DNA of 44,380 nucleotides, from contig NC_057719.1 in NCBI RefSeq assembly GCF_004010195.1, forward strand, positions 92,246,814 to 92,291,193, written 5' to 3'. Below, piece by piece: positions 11,815 to 23,383 of this stretch (the first letter of the stretch is position 1; each line of letters starts with the position of its first letter). Origin of the DNA: Chiloscyllium plagiosum. Taxonomy: Eukaryota. The position numbers and the translations under genes are program-made. The notes below the pieces were generated by a model. That model did not search any database, was not told the origin of the DNA, and worked only from the letters and a program-made list of their open reading frames with translations.

Positions 11815-12223
11815 GTATATACCAATCCCTTTCCATTCGCTAAAGTAAACATAACCAAATTGTGGTCACTATCACCAAAGTGCTCACCTACCTCCAATCT
11901 AACACCTGGCCCGGTTCATTCCCCAAGTACCAAATCCAACGTGGCCTTGACCCTTATTGGCCTGTCTCCATACTGTGTCAGGAAACCCTCCTGCACACAA
12001 TGGACAAAAACTGACCCAGTATATACCAATCCCTTTCCATTCGCTAAAGTAAACATAACCAAATTGTGGTCACTATCACCAAAGTGCTCACCTACCTCCA
12101 ATCTAACACTTGGCCCGGTTCATTCCCCAAGTACCAAATCCAACGTGGCCTTGACCCTTATTGGCCTGTCTCCATACTGTGTCAGGAAACCCTCCTGCAC
12201 ACAATGGACAAAAAACTGACCCA
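11815..12223. repeat. Tandem duplication, ~204 bp x2 inside CR1
   Basis: 11815-12018 and 12019-12223; one substitution and one homopolymer difference by eye. Confidence 0.93.
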
Positions 12224-12639
12224 TCTAAAGTTCTCGAACTATAGTATTCCCAGTCAATATTTGGAAAGTTAAAGTCCCCATTACAACTGCCCTGTCACTC
12301 TCGCTCCTATTAAGAATCATCTTTGCTATCCTTTGCTCTACATCTCTGTCTATGCTATTCTATTAACTTACTGCACTTGATTCGAGTTCCAACAATCTCT
12401 CCTCCTGCTCTGGGAACCTTGATAATTCTTTCTGCTATTTATTGCCTCACGCCCCTACTAAGTTCATTGGAATCCTCCCCAGTCGGATTAGTAGAATACT
12501 CCATGATGATATTGGTTCCAGTTTTTATGGGGGTAACCTACCTGTCCACTACGGGCCCCATTCCACCCTCAACCTGTCGCAGGAAAAGCCTCCCTCGCAC
12601 ACCATCTTTCTCTCATCAGCCTTGTCTCACATTGGTGAT

Positions 12640-14283
12640 TGAGAAGTTATTGGAGATAACTCTTAGGGATAGGATTTACACACATTTGGAAAAGCACAGC
12701 CTAATTAGGGGCAGTCAGCACGGCTTTGTGCAGGGCAGTTCATGCCTTATTTAATTGAATTTTGCAAGGAGGTGGCAAAGGTGATCAATGACAGAGTTTT
12801 AGTAAAGCTTTCAACAAGGTCCCTCACGGTAGGGTCATCCAGAAGAATAAGATGCATGGGATCCATGCTGACCTGGCCACGTGAATTCAGAATTGGCTTG
12901 CCCTTAGGTGGGAGGGGGGTAAAGGTGGAAGGGCGATTTTCAGGTTGGAAATGAGTAGCGGTGTTCCGCAGGGGATCTGTACTGGGACCTCTGCTGTTGC
13001 TGATACATAGAAATGATCTGGATGAAAACGTAGGTGGGCGGATTAGTAAGTTTGCAGACAATACAAAGATCGGAGGAGTTGTGGATAGTGTACTAGGTTG
13101 TCAAAGGATATAGGGAGATAGGGATGGAGGAGTGGCAGGTGGAGTTTAATCTAGGTAAGTATGAGGTGCTGCACTTTGGGAGATCAAATGTTAAGGAAAA
13201 GTATACAGTTAATGGCAGGGCCCTGAACAGCAATTGACAGAGGGATCTTGGCATTCAAGTTCATAGCTCCCTGAAAGTGGCCACGCAAGTAGATAGCTGT
13301 TAAAGAAGGTGTATGCTTTTATTGGTCAAGGAATTGTGCACAAGAGTCAGGATGTTATGTTGCAGCTTGATAAGACTTTGGTCAGGCCACACTTAGGCCA
13401 ATGACTTTGATTCTGGTTGCCACATTACAGGAGGGGTGTGGAGGCTTTGGAGAGGCCGGAGAAGTAGTTTACCAGGATGCTGGGATAAGCGTGCCATAGG
13501 TGGCAGGGGGTAGTGGTGGAAGGCTGGATCAGAGGGTGTGAGCTACAAGAAGAGGCTAGAACAACTCGGGTTGATTTCTCGGGAGCAGCGGAGGCTGAGG
13601 GAGGACATGATTGAGGTCTGTAAAATGATGAGAAGTGGAGATAGAGTTCATTTGGTCAGAATCTTTTTCTCAGAGTTGAAATGGGGCGGCACGGTGGCTC
13701 GGTGGTTAGCACTGCTGCTTCATAGCACCAGGAACCTGGGTTCGATTCCAGCCTCGGGCAACTGTCCGTGTGGAGTTTGCACATTCTCCCCATGTCTGCA
13801 TGGGTTTCCTCCCTCAATCCAAAGACGTGCAGGTTAGGGTGAATTGGCCATGCTAAATTGCCCATAGTGTTAGGTGCATTTGTCAGGGGCCTGAAGAGTA
13901 ACTCTGTGTGCGTTACTCTTCAGAGGATTGGTGTGGACTGGTTGGGCTGAAGGGCTATTTCCACACTGCAGGGAGTCTAGAAATGTAATCTAGTCTAAAA
14001 CTAAGGGCCATGCATTTATGGGGAGGAGTTCAAAGGAGATGTGAGGAGCAAATGTTTTTTACACAAAGGATGATAGGAGCCTGGAACTAGCTGCCAAGGA
14101 TGGTGGTGGAAGCAGATACGATAGAGGCATTGAAGGGATTTTAATAAACACAAGAGTATGCAACGAACAAAGGGATATGGACCAAGGGCAGGCAGAAGGG
14201 ATTAGCTTCATTTGCCATCATGTTCGGCACAACACAGTGGGCTGAAGGGCCTGTTCCTGTGCTGTACAGTTCTATGTTCTATA
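12640..14283 (+). mobile_element. Decayed CR1 RT and 3' end (SINE inserted at 13683-13997)
   Basis: GSQHGFVQGSSC, QG-S-VLGPLL and KFADNTK equivalents, TTCTATGTTCTA tail. Confidence 0.87.
13683..13997 (+). mobile_element. HE1-type SINE
   Basis: Homologous to 4113-4428. Confidence 0.9.
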
Positions 14284-14879
14284 GTCAGCACAGACGTGGT
14301 GGACTGAACCGTCTGTTTCTGTGCTGCATGACTTGCATTGAGAAATACAGAGCTGCACAGTGAGTGCCTTTTCTGCAGTCTGTCCCAATGCCAAGTTGGC
14401 TTAATGAAGTCCACACAACAGGCCCAGACGAAGGCATTCGAAGCTTGGCTTGCTTCCTTTCTCTCACGGATTGAGAAATGGATTGTTCCATTTTAATTAC
14501 GCAGGAAATGGCTCAGGAGGACAATCATGAGCAAATGTGAAAATACAAAACTTGGAGACCGTACTGTTGCAAATCCCGGAAAACAAAACTGGGATGGGAA
14601 TTGGCAGCAGCTATCGGACCACCTGAAAAGCATGTGCGAGCAGGGGCAAGGGTTCAGTTAGGGGAGAAGGCAGGTCAGGGGTCAGCAGCTTGGTCAAAAG
14701 ACCTGGACTACTAAATTCTACAGAACTGCACCGGACAGGCCTGATGCATTGGAGAATGGGTTAAAACAGAAATGCAGTCTCTTGGGGGTGCGCAACATCT
14801 GTGTTCACTGAAAACCCAAACCTGCATGTGAAACATTGTTTCACGAGAAGCCAGTTTAATGGTATGTGTGCTGAACAGC

Positions 14880-15080
14880 TCATAGAGATGTACAGGACGG
14901 AAACAGACCCTTCGGCCCAACTCACCCATGCTGCCCAGATATCCGAAATTAATCCAGTCCATTTCCCAGCACCTGGCTCATATCCTTCCAAACACTTCCT
15001 ATTCATATACCCATCCAGGTGGCTTTTAAATTTTGTAATTGTACTGGCTTCCACCACTTCCTCGGGCAACTCATTCCATG
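14880..15080 (-). mobile_element. CR1 (HER1-like) 3' tail fragment
   Basis: PEEVVEASTITKFKSHLDGYM plus tail homologous to 945-1140. Confidence 0.85.
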
Positions 15081-15210
15081 CTAGAAACTCAATGTGTCAC
15101 TAAAGATCGCAAGAGAACCTGCGAGCTGTAAGGTCGAATTATGTGCAGCATAGAATCAATCCATTGCTTAAAGTAGGAGAGAAGTGAGCAATAAACAGAC
15201 GCTTCTTAGC

Positions 15211-15431
15211 GGAGAAAGTGAGGACTGCAGATGCTGGAGATCAGAGTCGAAGACTGAGGTGCTGGAAAAGCGCAGCAGGTCAGGCAGCATCCGAGCAGCA
15301 GGAGAATCAATGTTTCAGGCATATGCCCTTCATCAGGAACGATGAACCACTTATGCCCGAAACGTTGATTCTCCTGCTCCTCGGATGCTGCCTGACTGAC
15401 TGTACGTTTCCAGCACTACGGCTCTTCGACT
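15211..15431. mobile_element. Penelope-like fold-back insert, family A
   Basis: GGAGAAAGTGAGGACTGCAGATGCTGGA terminus, inverted arms, decayed hammerhead halves; no clear TSD. Confidence 0.72.
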
Positions 15432-16145
15432 TTTCGTATCGGCCTATAAAAACACCTTTACACTGCAGTTTTGTTAAAGCTTTTTGTTTTATAATATTTA
15501 CTGAGAGATACCAATTCAAGGGGAAAACAACACTTACATTGTTTGTGAAGATTGGTAGGGGTGATGGCTTGGAGAATGCACCAGTTAGATGATGATCGAC
15601 AGTTAACAGCCCAGGCTTTGTTTAGATTTAAACCAGGCAGGTCGACTCTGATTGGTCAGGAACTGGCACGAGAGATGAACGAGGAAATGGCTGTCACCGA
15701 TTTTGTGGAGATGAAGCAGACACAGTTTGCCCATGTTCTTTCTATCTGAAAAGAATAGGTCTCTGTGTATTAATATATATTGCTTCCAGTAGCTGCACGT
15801 GTTGCATATCTTCAGCCAGACTGACAATCCGAAATTGATTCCCACGCTGGGAGTTATTGAGCAAATGTCATTCAAAGACTGAATCACATCTACCATTGGA
15901 TACTATTTCAAATTTTGCAAGCACGGGCTGGTTGTGTATGGTCAGGACTATTATGATGGTAATAATGGACAAGTCAGATGCCAAAGGGAGACTTGGTTTG
16001 GTAACCAGGTTTTAACCTGGTTTATGTATTTGTTTACTCTGGTGGTCAATCACTCAACATATTCATAAGACACTGCCAAGATATACTTTTTAACAAAATA
16101 ATGGAAAGCTTCATTATATCCACCTACCCGGCTCAATTGTACTTT

Positions 16146-16460
16146 GGGTGGCAAGGTGGTATGGTGGTTAGCACTGCTGCCTCACAGCACCAGATACCTG
16201 GGTTCAACTCCAGCCTCCGGTGACTGTTTCTGTGGAGTTTGCACAGTCTCCCCATGCTCCAGTTTCCTCCCACAGTCCGAAGATGTGCAGGTTAGGTGGA
16301 TTGGCCATGCTAAATTGCCCTGTGGTGTACAAGTTAGATGTGTTAGCCATATTAAAAAAAAACCCATACAGGGGCTGTAAGGGAGGCGTTTGGGTGGGAT
16401 GCTTTTCAGAGAGGGTGGTGCAGACTTCATTTACTGAATGGCCTCTTTCTACGCAGGGGG
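16146..16460 (+). mobile_element. HE1-type SINE, divergent 3' subtype
   Basis: tRNA head and V-domain conserved; 3' part differs. Confidence 0.85.
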
Positions 16461-16505
16461 TTCCATGATGCATGTAAAGACAAAAACACTTAATATTTTA
16501 CAATA

Positions 16506-16839
16506 GGAGAAAGTGAGGACTACAAATGCTGGAGATCAGAGTTGAGAGTGTGGTGCCGGAAAAAGCACAGCAGGTCAGGCAGCATCTGAGGAGCAGGAGA
16601 ATCGACGTTTCGGGCATAAGCCCTTCATCAGGAATGAGGCTTGTGGGTCGGGGCTGAGAGATAAATGGGAGGAGGGTGGGGTTGGGGGAGGTAGCTGGGA
16701 AAGTGCTAGGTGGATGAAGGTCAGGGAGAGGGTGATAGGTCAGAGGGGGCAGTGATGGACCCCTCCAGCTACAGTCAGTTCCCCTCCTCCTTAGATGCTG
16801 CCTGACCAGCTGTGCTTTTCCAGCACCACACTCTCAACT
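16506..16839 (-). mobile_element. Penelope-like insert, family A, intact hammerhead motif (16604-16631, -)
   Basis: Minus strand CTGATGA-A-GGGC-TTAT-GCCC-GAAA-CGTC; purine-rich extension; short inverted arm; partial TAATATTTT duplication. Confidence 0.75.
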
Positions 16840-16929
16840 AATATTTTGCTCTATACAAGCACTATTTGAAATAGTCTTATTACAAATATCAGAAATAAAG
16901 ACTCAAAACTTTTACCTTCACTAATGACT

Positions 16930-17150
16930 GGTGTCAGCCTGGTGGCTCAGTGGTTAGCACTGCTGCCTCACCGTCCCAGGTTCAATTCCAGCCTCGGGCG
17001 GCTGTCTGTGTGGAGTTTGCCCGTAGTGTTAGGTGCATTAGTCAGGGGGAAATGTAGGGGAATGGGTCTGGGTGGGTTACTCTTTGGAGGGTCAGTGTGG
17101 ACTTGTTGGGCCGAAGGGCTTGTTTCCACACTGTAGGGAATCTAATCTAA
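16930..17150 (+). mobile_element. HE1-type SINE, internally deleted
   Basis: Head joined at TTGC microhomology to the 3' part. Confidence 0.85.
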
Positions 17151-18061
17151 ACCTTATACATACTCAAACCATCGTAAAGGGTCATCCTGCCTTCACGTGA
17201 AGCTCTCTGTTCAGTTTGCACGGCTGTAATTGGTTCCCTGAACTTTCTTCCTCCTGACTCCAAAGTACTTCCGGAGCAAACACATGGGTTTTTCCACACA
17301 CTCACCATCCAGCAACTTCCTGCTTCTGAAGTTTTCTCCCAAGTCACTCAGGACCTTTGTCCTTGCCATGACAGGATCACAAACTGCCACATGTCTTACC
17401 CTAACTGAACGACGAAATCTGCACATATTCCGCAAGCTTCTGGGTGATTCTGAGTTTCTGTGACAGTGAACTCATGTTGATAGTGCAGCTGCCTTTTTAT
17501 TTTACCTTCTACCCCTCATTACTAATGCACTAAACTGATCACCTCAGGTTCCACTACAAAGCTGTGAACCCCTCATTAAAAACGCACACATCAGTAAACT
17601 CCAGACACCCTGAACAAATCTAAAATCATGTCTTCCTTGTTAACACACACAAAGCAGAAATACAAGTTAAATTTAAGCTACATATGGTTCTGTCACTTTA
17701 GGTACTGAATAATAATATAGATTCATTGATCCTCATCACCTTGCCTATTTTGAACAGTTGACAGGATATGCTGTTTGACTGTAATTTAGTTTGGGATCGC
17801 ATGATTGGAGAAAAGGCCCTCAAACTGAAGACTTTTCAGGAGTACTGGCCTTGATCCTATAGTTTGAAATGTTGTCCTTAGACATCAGACTACTCCCTCC
17901 CTTCTCTTTAGATGCTCCTTTGAACCTATCGTTTCCCCCATGTCTCACTAACCTGTCGATTTCTGCCTGATTATGTTCCTGGAGGACCTTGGGACATTTC
18001 ACCACATTAAAAAGGTGCATGATAAATGCCCAACACTATTATTGACCAACAAGCACTCAGG

Positions 18062-18288
18062 AGAACGTGAGGACTGCAGATGCTGGAGATCAGAGCTGAA
18101 AATGTGTTGCTGGAAAAGTGCAGCAGGTCAGACAGCATCCAAGGAACAGGAGAATCGACAGGAGCATGAGCCGAAACGTCGATTCTCCTGCTCCTTGGAA
18201 ACGTCGATTCTCCTGCTCCTTGGAAACGTCGATTCTCCTGCTCCTTGGATGCTGCCTGACCTGCTGCGCTTTTCCAGCAACACATTTT
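18062..18288. mobile_element. Penelope-like fold-back insert, family A, with internal 25-bp triplication
   Basis: Perfect 15-bp TSD CAACAAGCACTCAGG 18047-18061 / 18289-18303. Confidence 0.8.
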
Positions 18289-18322
18289 CAACAAGCACTC
18301 AGGTATACTGTATGAGAAGAGG

Positions 18323-18412
18323 GCTGAAAATGTGTTGCTGGAAAAGCGCAGCAGGTCAGGCAGTATCCAAGGAACAGGAGAATCGACGTTTCGGGCATAA
18401 GCCCTTCTTCAG
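18323..18412 (-). mobile_element. Penelope-like single-arm insert, family A, intact hammerhead motif
   Basis: Flanked by GAGAAGAGG duplication; minus strand CTGAAGA-A-GGGC-TTAT-GCCC-GAAA-CGTC at 18385-18412. Confidence 0.75.
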
Positions 18413-18907
18413 GAGAAGAGGTGCTGGTTGGTTGTCAGTCTCCTGTCTACAAATTTGTCACTGCTCCTTCTCCGTGGGTCAGTACTGGAATGTACTGACT
18501 GTGGTGCACTTTTAATGCAAAGCTCTGCAAAACCTGGGAAATAAAGCTGGACTTCCAAGGCATTGGAAAGTACAAACTGATCTTTCACTAGTGATTTACT
18601 CTGCACCTCAGTGTTGGTGTACAAAACAGCTCTGCTTTACCTCCGGCCCACAGTTAGGGACAGTTTATATTGATTTATCTTGAAGCAGTATTTGCACTGT
18701 ACTGAAGCTGACCCACATTGAACTTAATGTTGGAAGCACAGTGTAGATTATCTAAACAGAAACAGCAGGAGTGCCTGTACATTATTGCAACTTGGAATGC
18801 CAGAGGGGTTGCGGCAAACAGCACAAATGCACTGAAGGCAAAGTTATAGGATGTAAAGTAGGAGGTGGCTCAAGAGGAAACAGAAAATCAGGGCAAACCT
18901 GTTGAGC

Positions 18908-18985
18908 TGAAAATGTGTTGCTGGAAAAGCGCAGCAACACATTTTCAGCTCTGATCTCCAGCATCTGCAGACCTCACTTTCTCCT
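18908..18985. mobile_element. Minimal (78 bp) Penelope-like fold-back insert, family A
   Basis: Perfect 14-bp TSD CAAACCTGTTGAGC 18894-18907 / 18986-18999; 20-bp perfect hairpin overlapping the left TSD end. Confidence 0.8.
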
Positions 18986-19937
18986 CAAACCTGTTGAGCC
19001 CAAATGGGATCTCTGTTGTATGTCACTGCCCACAGACACAGGAGCACTAGCCTGCTGGGTGTGTGCGCCATCCAGTGGCAGCACATAGAATAGCCATGAG
19101 CCGAAAACTGGTTTCATGTTGAGCACTATTCATACAACATGAACCAATCAGGTTCGCGACTCCACAAGGAAAGGCAGCACACCTTACATTCCCTTGGACG
19201 ATAGTACATGCCAGTTAAGCCACACACTAAGAGATTTGTACTTTCACAGGGCAACTGAAATCAGTCCAATCATCGATGAAACCACAAGGTGGTTAAAATC
19301 GAATGTGATTAATTGGATGCTTGGGTTCATTCACTTCAGGTATTCATCCTACGACACCTAACAAATGTGGAAGGTGGCCAAAATAAAAACAACAGATGGT
19401 TATACTTATATATACGCAATGTTCCCATCTGGGAAAAAAAACACCGCTCCCTCCCTCTGCATCAGTATTTGACACTGCAGCAGTCAATATCGCAGTGAGG
19501 TGGACCGGGAGGTGGTCAGTGTGCCGATTAGTTGCCAAGAGGACTTTATTTGGTAGGGGTATTGTCTTGGAGAATGCCAAAGTTGATGATGATTGACAGT
19601 TAACAGCCAGGCTTTCTTAAATTTTAAACCAGGCAGATTGAATCGGATTGGAGCAGTTCAAAAGGCAGCTCACCACCACCTTTTGAAGGGGGCAACTAGG
19701 GCTAGGCAACAACTGGCCAGCCAGAGAGGGTCAGATCCCACAAATGAATAAAACATGTTTTTTTTTAAAAAAAACACTATCCTGAGGAACTCCTGCAGAA
19801 ATGTCCTGCAGCTGAGATGACTGACCTCCACCAACCACATTTGTACCAGGTAAGATTCCAACCAGTGGAGAGTTTGTCCTCGATATCTATTGATTCCAGC
19901 TCTGCCAGGGCTCCTTGAAGCCACACTTGGCCTAATG

Positions 19938-20258
19938 ATTAGATTAGATACCCTACAGTGTGGAACCAGGCCCTTTGGCCCTGACCCTCCGAAAAGCAAC
20001 CCACCCAGATCCATTCCTCTAACTTATATTTACCCCTGACAAATGCACCAAACACTACCGGAAATTTAGCATGGCCAATTCACCTGGCCTGCACATCTTT
20101 GTGACTGTGGGAGGAAACCGGAGCACCCGGAGGAAACCTACGCAGACACGGAGAGAATGTGCAAACTCCACACAGACAGTCACCTGAGGTGGGAATCGAA
20201 CCCGGATCCCTGGCGCTGTGAGGCAGCAGTGCTAACCACTGTGCCACCGTGCTGACCC
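19938..20258 (-). mobile_element. HE1-type SINE
   Basis: Homologous to 4113-4428. Confidence 0.9.
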
Positions 20259-20550
20259 CTTAATGCAGTCTTGGAGTCAAGGACTATCACTCTTGTCTCC
20301 CCTCTGGAATACAGCTCCTTTGTCCATGTTTGAACCAAGGCTGTAGATTAGAGTAGATTTTATTTCTGCCATTTACAACTGATACAGTAAAAACAAGACA
20401 GTGTTCCTCCAGGTCTGAGGGTGCTACAAACTACATAATCGTGCACAGCATAAAATGCATTAAGAAGTGCAAAACATGCAAGTTATAGTGTAATAGAAGA
20501 ATGATAAATAACAGACATTTTTCTCACAGTAATTCAAAGTTGTGCAGGAT

Positions 20551-20867
20551 GGGGCAGCACAGTGGCTCAGTGGTTAGCATTGCTGCCTCACAGCACCAGG
20601 GTCCCAGGTTCGATTCCAGCCTCGGTTGACTGTCTGTGTGGAGTTTGCACATTCTCCCCGTGTCTGCATGGGTTTCCTCCAAGCTGTTCCGGCTTCCTCC
20701 CACAGTCCAAAGATGTGCAGGTCAGGGTGAATTGGCCATGCTAAATTGCACAGTGTTATGTGCGTTAGGCAGGGGGAAATGGGTCTGGGTGGGTTACTCT
20801 TCAGAGGGTGGGTGTGGACTGGTTGAGCCGAAGGGCCTGTTTTCACACTGTAGGGAATCGAATCTAA
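20551..20867 (+). mobile_element. HE1-type SINE
   Basis: Homologous to 4113-4428. Confidence 0.9.
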
Positions 20868-21169
20868 ACTGAGTGGTCCTGACAGAACCCAAACTGGGCG
20901 TCACTGAGCAACTTATTCTCTTTCTAAGTATTGCTTGACAGCATTGTCAATAACTCTTCCATCACTTTGATGGGGAAATAATTACCCAGAATGGATTTTT
21001 TCCTTTAGCAGCTAGTTCTGGAGCTCAGGTCTTCAGTGAAATTGCTGAATATTGTCGGGTCCGCAGCCTATGCAGTATCCAGTGCCTCCATCTGTTTCTT
21101 GAGATCGCGTGGATTGCATTGGATTGGTTGAAGACTGTTATGCTGGGGACAGTAGGAAAAGTCAGAATG

Positions 21170-22120
21170 ATTATTTAAAATGGTGACATATAAGGGAATG
21201 TCAATGTAGAAAGGGACTCAGGTGTCCTGGTAAAGCAAGATGGAACAAGCAGTTGGGAAGATAAACTGTAGATTGGCTTTCATTGCCAGGGGGCTTCAGT
21301 ACAGGAGCAAGGAAATCTTACTTAAACTGTACAGGGCCTTGGGGAGATTACACCTGGAGCCTGGTATACAGGTTTGGTCTAAGAAAACATATAGTTGCCT
21401 TACAGCGAGCACAGCGAGCATTCACTAGACTGACACTAGGGTTAGCGGGTTTGTTGTACAAGAATCGACTGATTCAACTGGGCCTATATTCTCCTCAGAT
21501 GCTGCCTGACCTGCTGTGCTTTTCCAGCACCACTTATGAAAAGGATCTCATACAGGGGTGTAATTTTAAAGATCCTGTACTTGGCGGGGGGGGGGGTGGA
21601 TTCAAGATGGCGGCGACCCAGTAGTTCTGCTTTGTTGAGCTCTGCACCAGAACCCAGAAAAAGTGGGGCACTCACCCTCCTTTCACTACTTACTGTGCTG
21701 GAAATAACCATTTTTGACCCCTAGAACTATCTTGACCCTGGGCCTATATTCACATGAGTTTAGAAGAGGGAATCTCATTGAAACGGATGAAATGCTGATC
21801 ATACTGGACAGACTAAATGCATGGATGATGCTTCCTCTGCCTTGATAATGTAGTATGGGGGAGGGGGAAAGAGAGTGGTGCGTTATAGTCTCAGGATACA
21901 AGGTGGATCTTTCAAGTTTGAGATGAGGAAAAACCTCTTAATTCCATGATTGACGACTCTGGGGCCCTGAGGCCAAATCATTAAATAGATTCAAGGAAGA
22001 AATATAGAGTTCCAGAATTTAAAGGCATCAATGCACATGAGGAGAGATTGGGAATGTGGGGTTGAGAGGATCAATGGGCAAAATGAGCATCACTGCTCCT
22101 ATTTTCTAAGCTTCATGTTC
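21170..22120 (+). mobile_element. Old CR1 3' fragment, split by the 21492-21737 insertion
   Basis: LAFIARGLQYRSKEILLKLYRALGRLHLE...LGLYS. Confidence 0.75.
21492..21737. mobile_element. Chimeric insert: family A fragment plus a copy of 22407-22600
   Basis: Perfect 14-bp TSD CTGGGCCTATATTC 21478-21491 / 21738-21751. Confidence 0.8.
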
Positions 22121-22626
22121 ATATGACTTGAAGAAGAGATGAAATGGATCATCCACATCTCACTTCTGGCTGAAGATGTCCTTTGTATTAATGGTCTGGG
22201 CTCCCATTATTTGAAAGATGGGGATATTTGTAAGTTGTTTAATTGTTGACTACCTTTTATGTCTGGATGGGATAGAATGCAGACCTTAGATCTGATCCAC
22301 TAGTTGCAAAATCACTTAACCATGCCTATAGCATGCTATTTTCAGCTGTTTGACATTTAAGTATAGGGGTCCTCTAATTATTAACATCCAACTTACAAAC
22401 GCTCATACTTATGAACAGGATCTCATATACAGGGGTGTAATTTTAAAGATCCTGTCCTTGGGGGGAATTCAAGATGACAGTGACCCAGTAGGTCTGCTCT
22501 GCTGAGCTGTGCACCAGAACCCAGGCAAAGTGGGGCACTCACCCTCCCTTTACTACTTACTGTGCTGGAAATAACCATTTGTGACCCTTAGGAACTATCA
22601 AGTATTAGTTTGAAATTGTTAAGAAA

Positions 22627-23383
22627 ATGGCCAAACGGAAGGGAACATGAGGACAACACCCATGACTGCAGCGTCAACCTCCGTGACCACCCCAGGGGAC
22701 TCACCAGTGGAGCACAGCCTGATCTCAGAGTTCGTGTCATGCTGCAGAGGCGTGACCAGGAGACCCAGCGCCTCGGGCAGCGTGTCGGGAAGGCGGAGCA
22801 ACGGCCCGTGGCTTCTGAGACCGCGGCGGAATCCTTCACCGGTCAGGTTCAGGTCCTGGAACGGCGAGTGTGGGGGCCTTGGGGGAGCAGGTCAATGACC
22901 TGGAAAATCGAGGTCGCCGGAAGAACATCCAGTCGGTGGGGCTTCTCGAACGGGAGGAAGAAGGCCAGCTCGTCAGCTTTTTGGAGCAATGGCTCCCGCA
23001 GTTTGTGAGGCTGAATGTCGGAGTGGGCCGGGTGCGGGTTGAGTGGGCCCACTGGGTCGCAGTGCGTAGGCCCGGATTGGACCAGCGCCCCCGCCCGGTC
23101 CTCGTGTGACTCCAGTACTACAGGGAAAAACAAATGGTGCTGGAAGCCTCTCACCCTCAGGCTCTGATTTATAAAGGACCACGAACTATGCTTTTCCAGG
23201 ACTTCTTTCCGGTCGTGATCCGTAAGAGGAAGGCCTTTGATGAGGTTAAATAGGCAGCTGAGGGACTTGAAAGTCCAGTATTCCGTTAGATATCCGGCAA
23301 TACTGTGTTTCAGCCACGGAAGGTCCGTGTTCAATTTTCACTCACCAGAAAAGGCAAAGGACTTCTTGGATGCTTTAAAATAG
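22627..23383 (+). pseudogene. L1 ORF1 remnant (copy 1)
   Basis: VNDLENRGRRKNIQSVGLLERE...RPRPVLV motif typical of L1 ORF1p; frameshifts and stops. Confidence 0.85.

Larger units (their letters stand above)
9460..12330 (-). mobile_element. CR1 LINE ORF2 (endonuclease C-terminus, RT) and 3' UTR
   Basis: LDLVLG, GDSDHN, KSPGPDGI, NYRPMSLTS, QHSFVKGRSCLTNL, YMDFSKAFDKVPH, RPHLEYCVQLWSP. Confidence 0.93.
19770..21170 (-). mobile_element. Old CR1-like RT remnant interrupted by two SINEs
   Basis: Degenerate RT-like translation (LHWLESYL...VEV) either side of the SINEs. Confidence 0.5.

Noticed and set aside
17150..17500. Unique-looking segment with short ORFs on both strands
   Set aside because: No recognisable protein in the frames checked and no convincing exon structure.
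18173..18247. CRISPR-like array
   Set aside because: Contiguous tandem units with no spacers, in vertebrate DNA.
18409..18640. Possible minus-strand exon with acceptor TTTATTTCCCAG near 18533
   Set aside because: Reading on in phase 0 from the 32375 donor hits a stop within 30 codons and no homology is recognised; cannot be supported without RNA data.
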